IMG/VR virus record: IMGVR_UViG_3300027754_000127
Span: 1-52,889 of that record
Reading direction: 5' to 3' (one strand)
From: a virus
Taxonomy: Duplodnaviria > Caudoviricetes
Length of the DNA stretch: 52,889 bases
The position numbers and the translations under genes are program-made. Positions 46,771 to 52,889 of the stretch are shown here, in pieces (position 1 is the first letter of the stretch; each line of letters begins with the position of its first letter). Below the pieces are notes generated by a model, which saw only the letters and a program-made list of their open reading frames with translations, did no database searches and had not been told where the DNA came from.

Positions 46771-47799
46771 ATGAAAATAACAATTTTAACAAAAAATCTA
46801 AAAACTGCGCTTGAAAATTTAAGCGTAGTAATTGAAAAGCGGGTAAATCCACCAATTTTAAAAATGGTGAGATTTAAAACTTGGGAAAAAGATACAATTG
46901 AGCTAATGGCAAGCAATAAAGATCAAACCTTGAAAACTAGCCTGACTTGCAATATTTTAGAGGTGGGCGAGGGTTGTATTGATGCCGTTGGCTTGCTAGC
47001 GATATGCAAAAAAACAAAAGAAAGAATTTTAGAAATAGAAATTTTGGAAGAAGTTGCAACAATCAAAGCTGGTGAAGTTTTTTTGAAATTACAGGCTGGC
47101 TATTTTAGCGATTTTCCAATTTTAAGCGGTGATTTGCCAGAATTGGGAGAGGTGGCGGGGCTGGTTGGTGCTTTGGATTTTGTTAAAGAAGCAATTGCAA
47201 AAAACCCTGCAAGATATTATTTGAACGGAGCGAATTTAAAGAGCGTGGGCGATAATTTGGAGATTGTAGCGACTGATGGGCATATTTTGCTAAAAACTAT
47301 CCTAAAAAGTGATTTAAAACTTAATTGCATTATTCCACGGGAAACGGTTAAGACGATTTTAAAAGTTTTTGAAGGGAATTTAAAAATTGGTTGCGATAAA
47401 TCCAAAATCAAAATATCTAGCGGAGGTTATGAATTAATTTCCAAATTAATTGACGGCAACTTTCCTGAATATGAAAAAATTATCCCAAAAGGCGAAAAAG
47501 TTTTTCAATATGAAATTGATGGTAAAAAATTAAGTGAAGCAATCAAGCAAATAGAGCCAGAGGAAAAATTCAAAACGATTATATTTAAATTTGGGGAAAA
47601 ATTAGAGTTAGAAAGTAAATCAGGGAAAGCGTCTATTGATTGCGGCGGGGAAGAATTTTTGACAGCTTTTGAAGCAGGGCAAATTTTGAGAGTTTGTAAA
47701 ACCTTCAACAATTTCAAAATGAGCTTTATAAGCAGGGAATCTACGGCCTTGATTGAAAACGATTTCGGGCTTGGCGTGATTATGCCTTGTAGAATTTAA
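46771..47799 (+). CDS. dnaN: DNA polymerase III beta sliding clamp homolog
   Basis: RYYLNG, VATDGH, ISKLIDGNFPEYEKIIP and C-terminal VIMPCRI. Confidence 0.9.
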   Translation: MKITILTKNLKTALENLSVVIEKRVNPPILKMVRFKTWEKDTIELMASNKDQTLKTSLTCNILEVGEGCIDAVGLLAICKKTKERILEIEILEEVATIKAGEVFLKLQAGYFSDFPILSGDLPELGEVAGLVGALDFVKEAIAKNPARYYLNGANLKSVGDNLEIVATDGHILLKTILKSDLKLNCIIPRETVKTILKVFEGNLKIGCDKSKIKISSGGYELISKLIDGNFPEYEKIIPKGEKVFQYEIDGKKLSEAIKQIEPEEKFKTIIFKFGEKLELESKSGKASIDCGGEEFLTAFEAGQILRVCKTFNNFKMSFISRESTALIENDFGLGVIMPCRI

Positions 47800-47804
47800 C
47801 TTGC

Positions 47805-47828
47805 TGGCGGACAAGTAAAAATCCGCCA
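47805..47828 (+). terminator. Probable terminator after dnaN
   Basis: TGGCGGA...TCCGCCA stem followed by an AT-rich tail. Confidence 0.5.
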
Positions 47829-47856
47829 AATTTATTAACTTAAAAAAAATAGAAAA

Positions 47857-48333
47857 ATGAATAAAGAAAAAATAAGAGCTTACAACGCAGCATATAGAAT
47901 TTTAAATCGTGAACGAATCAAAGAAAATTTAGAAGCTTTAAAAACAAATTTTAGCAAAATTGATTTAATGCTTTACAAAGAAAATCTAATTGATGGCGGC
48001 AATATATTTTACAATCAACCGAGGATTTTTTCTTTTGAGTTTAAAAATTTGGCTGGTGAATATCTAATCAATAAAGAAAATCAAAAATTTGTTAGCCAGC
48101 AATTCTTAGGCATATTTTTTACCAGAAATTATCTTGAGACTTGCGAAAAATTACAGCTAAAAAAAGGCAGCGAGTTTTATAAAATTAATAGGGAAACCGC
48201 TTTAATTGAAGAGGATAGCACTATTGATTTAATCTTGAGGATTATCGAAAGCAACAAAAAAGCTGGCAGGGCAAGGCAGTATATTTACACTAAAACTGGA
48301 GAGCGTGTTAATATTGAATTAACAAACAATTAA
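47857..48333 (+). CDS. Hypothetical protein
   Basis: ORF. Confidence 0.55.
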   Translation: MNKEKIRAYNAAYRILNRERIKENLEALKTNFSKIDLMLYKENLIDGGNIFYNQPRIFSFEFKNLAGEYLINKENQKFVSQQFLGIFFTRNYLETCEKLQLKKGSEFYKINRETALIEEDSTIDLILRIIESNKKAGRARQYIYTKTGERVNIELTNN

Positions 48334-48512
48334 CTATTGTTTATTATAAAAAGCTAGTTAAAATATCTGATGGCTTTGTTTAAAACCTTTTGAGGCTTAT
48401 ATTTAAAGGCTTCAAATTTATTTTAATAAATTGTTATTTTTTTCTTGCAATTAAAACAATTTACTATTAATATATAAAAACCGCTTCAGTTATAATCTTT
48501 AATAAAAAAAAT

Positions 48513-48926
48513 ATGAAAATAAAAAAACAATTCTCCCTTGTTAATCAACATAATCAATGCCTCACTTATACCTATTTTGAAAAAAACGACCAGAAGAATT
48601 TGGGTTTAAATGGAACTTGCTATGAAACACACAAAACAAATTGGAAAGACCTTTATTGCTTTAAAAATGCCAAAAATCTAAGAAAAGAGTTTTTAAACGG
48701 AAAAATTTTTACAAGAATAGAATGCGGCTTAATGACAGTTTTTGGGGAGCCTACTAGCCCGTATATCTTCCAAAAAATCACCAATAACTGGGGTAAGAAA
48801 ATTTATAAATGGTTGATTGAAAATTATAAAAAGTTTGGGGGTAATGTTTTTTTGATTAGTGAAAAATTAACTACTAGGGACAGAAATTTAATTAATATTT
48901 TTCTTTTTGGAAAAACAACCCTTTAA
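48513..48926 (+). CDS. Hypothetical protein
   Basis: ORF downstream of a promoter-like TTGCAA-17-TAATAT. Confidence 0.55.
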   Translation: MKIKKQFSLVNQHNQCLTYTYFEKNDQKNLGLNGTCYETHKTNWKDLYCFKNAKNLRKEFLNGKIFTRIECGLMTVFGEPTSPYIFQKITNNWGKKIYKWLIENYKKFGGNVFLISEKLTTRDRNLINIFLFGKTTL

Positions 48927-48930
48927 AAAT

Positions 48931-49128
48931 ATGGAAATTGGAACAAATTTAAATAAAAAATTAGAATTAGTAAGACAAGACATTAAAGAAATTGATGTAA
49001 AACTTTCTGTTTTATACAAAATTGAATCTTTAAATTCCATAAGAATTAACGATTTAACAGAAAAACAAAATTCTCTTAAAGAAGAAAGAGATTTGCTAAT
49101 TATCCGTATTAACAACTTAACAAACTAA
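48931..49128 (+). CDS. Small coiled-coil protein
   Basis: Heptad pattern. Confidence 0.5.
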   Translation: MEIGTNLNKKLELVRQDIKEIDVKLSVLYKIESLNSIRINDLTEKQNSLKEERDLLIIRINNLTN

Positions 49129-49134
49129 AAAAAT

Positions 49135-49353
49135 ATGAAAATTAAAAATCAAGGAAAATTTAGTAAAGAAGCAATAGCAACAATGGCTTGCCATCTAGCT
49201 TTAGAAGAAGTAATGGATTTTGTTCAGGCAAAATTTCCTAACAAAGATCAAGAGTTTAAAAAAAAGCTAGTGTTGGCATTTATTAAAACTGATAGATTTT
49301 TAGAAAGAGGTCAAAGTTATATGTCTCTTTATTTAAATGAATTAAACAACTAA
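49135..49353 (+). CDS. Hypothetical protein
   Basis: ORF with the conserved A/C-rich leader. Confidence 0.55.
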   Translation: MKIKNQGKFSKEAIATMACHLALEEVMDFVQAKFPNKDQEFKKKLVLAFIKTDRFLERGQSYMSLYLNELNN

Positions 49354-49681
49354 AAAAATATGAAAAAAAATAACAATTGAATTTAAAAACTAAAACTATG
49401 AAAAAACTTATAAATAAATTCCTTTACAATTTAAGAGAGGCCCGCCGTTTTAAGCGGGTTGCAAAACAATTTATTGATCAACTCAAATAAATAAAAATAT
49501 GAATAAATTATTGATTATAATTGTTTTAATGGCTTTTTTCTGCATTAAACAATTGCACGATTCAAAAATATACAAAGTTGAGTTTTTAACTCAAAAGGAT
49601 GCAGAATCCGAAAAGTTTTATAACTCAATTTTGGATACTTGGAATATTAACAATTAATTTTAACTTTAAACAAAAACTAAT

Positions 49682-49933
49682 ATGAAAAATAAAATACTTA
49701 TCGACTTAATTGAAGAAGCTTTTAAAACAAAGTCATTTGAAGAAAAGTCATTGGAAGATTGGCAGAAATTACAAAAATTGTATCAGGAAGCCGCCAAACT
49801 TGAGGTAAGCCGTAAAGGTTGGTTTGCGTTCTCCTTAAATGAAGAATCAGAAAAGAGCAATATTTTTAATCAAGATATGCTAGAAAAAACAAAGGACTAC
49901 AAACTTCAACAACAGCTAAATAACAATTCTTAA
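49682..49933 (+). CDS. Hypothetical protein
   Basis: ORF. Confidence 0.5.
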   Translation: MKNKILIDLIEEAFKTKSFEEKSLEDWQKLQKLYQEAAKLEVSRKGWFAFSLNEESEKSNIFNQDMLEKTKDYKLQQQLNNNS

Positions 49934-50268
49934 TGACAAATAGAATTTTTTTAGCTCATGACATTATCAGAAACGACCAACAAATTGGACAAATATTTTT
50001 ATGCAATTATGAAGGTTTGCAATTTCCAAATATTGAATACAAAATCTTTGACAAAAGTAATTGGGGCAAGCGGATAATGTCAGAAGAATTGCCAAAATAT
50101 CTTGCCTCTTGCCGCCTAAAAGGAATAACAAAGCTAATTGCACAAGTTGAAGATAGCAACTTAGCCAGTATTAAGATTTTACAGAAAAACGGATTTATAC
50201 AAACTGCAAAATTTGATGAAGTGATTTGTTATATTTTGGATTTGAATTGGGTTGACTATGGCGCATAA
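49933..50268 (+). CDS. GNAT (RimJ/RimL-like) acetyltransferase
   Basis: WGKRIMSE and NLASIKILQKNGF. Confidence 0.8.
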   Translation: MTNRIFLAHDIIRNDQQIGQIFLCNYEGLQFPNIEYKIFDKSNWGKRIMSEELPKYLASCRLKGITKLIAQVEDSNLASIKILQKNGFIQTAKFDEVICYILDLNWVDYGA

Positions 50269-50320
50269 AATTATTATTTATTATTAAAAATCAATATTAT
50301 TAAAACTAAATTAGCAAATT

Positions 50321-50599
50321 ATGAAAAGTCGTTTTGAATATAAATGTATCCACTGCAAAAAGTTGATAGCGGCCTCAAATGTTCCACTTGAAGTGTCTAT
50401 TGTATGCTGGGAGTGTGATAATAAACATATTTTACAAATGAAAAAAAGAAAAGAAGAAAAACTAAATGTTGATCAAGATTATAAAAAAAATAAAGCAAAA
50501 GCTCGCCAAGAAATTATTGATAAAAAAAAGGCAGCTATAAAAGCTAAAAAAAGGTTTTATTACCAAAACCAATCAAGAAAATTTTTGATTGACTTCTAA
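50321..50599 (+). CDS. Mu Com-like zinc-finger protein
   Basis: YKCIHCKKLI-...-IVCWEC gives C-x2-C-x16-C-x2-C, the same spacing as Mu Com; basic C-terminal tail. Confidence 0.6.
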   Translation: MKSRFEYKCIHCKKLIAASNVPLEVSIVCWECDNKHILQMKKRKEEKLNVDQDYKKNKAKARQEIIDKKKAAIKAKKRFYYQNQSRKFLIDF

Positions 50600-50627
50600 T
50601 TTTTAGCCTATAATATACTTTTAACTT

Positions 50628-50702
50628 GTGCGGAAAGTTCAAATCAAATTTTTTATGGGGTATGGCCCGCACGCTGTATCCCGCCAAAATCAAATCGTGC
50701 GG
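50628..50702 (+). promoter_or_regulatory. Structured 5' leader: CCGCAC loop with two complementary GTGCGG boxes
   Basis: Stem 50657-50682 with G-U pairs; boxes at 50628-33 and 50697-702. Confidence 0.65.
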
Positions 50703-50704
50703 CA

Positions 50705-51223
50705 ATGCAAATCACATTTTCAGAAAAAGAATTAGAAGGCTTCCTTTGTAAAGGCAAGAACCTAGAAAAATATTTAGGATTAAAATTTATCGCTCGTCAA
50801 GTTAATATCCCGCCCGCTGGAATAATTGACATTTTGGCTTATCACTTAAGATCAAAATGTTGGGTTATAATCGAACTACAAAAAGCAAATTTAGATGCTT
50901 ACGGTCTTATTCAAGGATTATCTTATTTAAGATTTTACAAAGACATAAAATCACATATAAGAACTTCCAAAATAAAAAGAAAGAGAAATTTTTGCTTACT
51001 ATTGGTTGGTAATTATCTTGATTTTTCTTTAGAAAAAGTTGTCAGACATTTTGATCTTGATGATGATTTTATAGATGAAGAGTCTATTTATTATACATTA
51101 TTTAATATTGAATTTGATAAGGGAATTGGTTTTGATTATTCTTCTCAAAGTCAAGCGACTTATGAAGAAAAAATAAATGAATTATCGGGAAATGGGGAAG
51201 TTAATAGGGTAAGTCCTTTATGA
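50705..51223 (+). CDS. NucS-like PD-(D/E)XK nuclease domain protein
   Basis: SEKELE...ARQV...GIIDILA...IIELQK...QGLSY. Confidence 0.7.
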   Translation: MQITFSEKELEGFLCKGKNLEKYLGLKFIARQVNIPPAGIIDILAYHLRSKCWVIIELQKANLDAYGLIQGLSYLRFYKDIKSHIRTSKIKRKRNFCLLLVGNYLDFSLEKVVRHFDLDDDFIDEESIYYTLFNIEFDKGIGFDYSSQSQATYEEKINELSGNGEVNRVSPL

Positions 51224-51939
51224 AAGATAATTTAAAGAACACAGGATTTATAATTCTCGATAGAAAATTACAGGAAAACTGGCTTTGGTTGTCAGAGCCT
51301 TTTTCCAAAGCCCAAGCGTGGATTGATTTATTATTCTTGGCAAATCACAAGGAAAGCTCGTTTTTTTTGCGTGGAATAAAAATTGATGTTAAGAGGGGTC
51401 AATTAGCGAGAGGTGAAGATTCTCTAAGCAAAAGATGGAAGTGGTCAAGAAACAAGGTAAGAAGATTTTTAAAATTGCTTCAAACGGAACAACAAATAAA
51501 ACAACACACAAGCAATAAAATCAATATTATTGAAGTAATAAATTATAATTTATATCAAGAACGAAACAACAAAAAGGATAACAAAAAGACAACAGACGAA
51601 ACAGGAAACGATACACATACAAACAATGATAACAATGATAACAATGATAATAAAAAAGGTTTTACCCCCCCAACTTTAGAAGAAGTTAAAAACTATTGCC
51701 AAGAAAGATCAAACAATGTTGATGCAAATAAATTCTTAAATTTTTATGAATCAAAAGGATGGATGATTGGAAAGTCGAAAATGAAAGATTGGAAAGCTAG
51801 TGTTAGGACTTGGGAAAAACCAAAAGATCAAGAAGCGTCCAAATTCTCTCAATATCAACATGTAAAACCAACCAAGACCGACCACAACAAAGAAATTTTA
51901 CGCCAATTCATTAATGAAACAGGGGGAAACGATGAATAA
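51220..51939 (+). CDS. Phage replication initiator (replisome organiser)
   Basis: GFIILDRK, AWIDLLFLANH, RGQL, LSKRWKWS and C-terminal FTPPTLEEV...MKDWKASVRTW. Confidence 0.85.
   Translation: MKDNLKNTGFIILDRKLQENWLWLSEPFSKAQAWIDLLFLANHKESSFFLRGIKIDVKRGQLARGEDSLSKRWKWSRNKVRRFLKLLQTEQQIKQHTSNKINIIEVINYNLYQERNNKKDNKKTTDETGNDTHTNNDNNDNNDNKKGFTPPTLEEVKNYCQERSNNVDANKFLNFYESKGWMIGKSKMKDWKASVRTWEKPKDQEASKFSQYQHVKPTKTDHNKEILRQFINETGGNDE
51560..51651 (+). repeat. Putative origin iterons within the initiator gene
   Basis: Three AACAATGAT copies (51622-51648) and A/C-rich repeats in the linker, as in lambda O-type origins. Confidence 0.5.
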
Positions 51940-52594
51940 CCAAGAATTTGCAACAAGATTATTCGTAATTTTTGAAGATAGGGGTTTATCACTGCCAAGC
52001 ATAGACTGGGTAAAGTCATTATTTGAAAGATGTAAAGAAGTTCCTGACAAAGATTTATCTGGTGGATTTAACAAAGTGATGGATATTCCAGCCGTAGAAT
52101 GGAATAAAAATTATGGCTTTGGTGGGAAACCCCCAATTTCTGAATGGGTTGGATTTTTAACAGGACAAAAAACAAAGTCAATAGACACGATAGCGGCTTT
52201 AGAAGTGGCTAGAATTCTTGATTATGCAAGTTATTACTACGGCAACTCCGTTTGGTTTGATAATCCAACAACTAACGCCTGCGTTGAAGTTTATGGGGGT
52301 ATTGGCAAGATAGCTTGGGCGATTGATGAAACCAACGACAACAAAGAAGATGGGAAGTGGATTGCTAAAAACTTAAAGGAGATTTGGTTGCAATGCTACG
52401 ATGGAAAGAAGGAAAGAACTCAACCTTGCCTTGGCAGATCAAAACCTAAAATTTTTCACAAAGGAGAATTGATTGACCAACCAATAAAAATTGATTTTGT
52501 GGGTGATAAAACCAAGTATATTGCGATTGAAGAAAACCCGAAAGAAACAAATATTATCCTTTTACCAACCTTACCAACCTTTAAAAAAATATAA
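51914..52594 (+). CDS. Replication-associated protein (DUF6475-like; likely start at 51932)
   Basis: SVWFDNP...VEVYGG; follows the initiator. Confidence 0.55.
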   Translation: MKQGETMNNQEFATRLFVIFEDRGLSLPSIDWVKSLFERCKEVPDKDLSGGFNKVMDIPAVEWNKNYGFGGKPPISEWVGFLTGQKTKSIDTIAALEVARILDYASYYYGNSVWFDNPTTNACVEVYGGIGKIAWAIDETNDNKEDGKWIAKNLKEIWLQCYDGKKERTQPCLGRSKPKIFHKGELIDQPIKIDFVGDKTKYIAIEENPKETNIILLPTLPTFKKI

Positions 52595-52598
52595 AAAT

Positions 52599-52889
52599 AT
52601 GAACAAGTCAGAAATACAAACAAGAGTTTTTAAAAATGGTCAACCTTTAGATTTAACTAAATTTCAATGGGACGAAAAAGCCAAAACATTTTCAAGTGAT
52701 GAGGATAATCTGGTTCTAGATTTTGGATCAATTGATTATTCAACAATCAATGCTGGAGGTGGTTCAACAATCAATGCTGGAGGGAAATCAACAATCAAAG
52801 CTGGAGATGATTCAACAATCAATGCTGGATGGCATTCAACAATCAAAGCTGGAGATGATTCAACAATCAATGCTGGAGATGATTCAACA
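52599..52889 (+). CDS. Octapeptide-repeat (AGxxSTIN/K) protein, N-terminal part; continues across the circular junction
   Basis: ATG at 52599 opens MNKSEIQTRVFKNGQPLDL...STINAGGGSTINAGGKSTIKAGDDST, which stays open to the window end. The end overlaps the window start in frame. Confidence 0.8.
   Translation, partial: MNKSEIQTRVFKNGQPLDLTKFQWDEKAKTFSSDEDNLVLDFGSIDYSTINAGGGSTINAGGKSTIKAGDDSTINAGWHSTIKAGDDSTINAGDDST
52827..52889 (+). repeat. Terminal overlap, identical to 49-111; indicates a circular or terminally redundant genome
   Basis: Direct sequence comparison. The repeat copy number across the junction is ambiguous. Confidence 0.8.

Noticed and set aside
1-52889. Alternative genetic code, or Mu-type transposable phage
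   Set aside because: Core genes are intact under code 11 with no suppressor tRNA, and I see no transposase A/B despite the Mu-like tail.

Overview
The window looks like a complete, circularly permuted genome of an AT-rich tailed phage of about 52.8 kb. The last 63 nt match positions 49-111, and the break falls inside a 24-bp tandem repeat in one ORF. It pairs an HK97-type head (portal, protease, major capsid protein) with a Mu-like contractile tail on the minus strand. The plus strand carries recombination, replication and early genes: Bet, SSB, RusA-like resolvase, helicase plus methyltransferase, beta-clamp, replication initiator and a GapR-like protein. GapR and the low GC suggest an alphaproteobacterial, possibly Rickettsiales-like, host (inference). 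There are three canonical tRNAs and two aberrant tRNA-like RNAs. I recognise no integrase or ParA/B. The most striking signals are: (1) hairpins with unrelated stems but a shared (U)CACCAC loop at the translation starts of seven structural-region genes, alongside a Mu Com-like zinc-finger protein, which suggests a translational late-gene switch; (2) a near-canonical XerC/D dif site; (3) a large terminase inverted and displaced into the tail region; (4) nested beta-domain insertions in a tail-completion protein; (5) an octapeptide-repeat protein with a variable di-residue. All product calls come from recognising motifs by eye; no searches were run.
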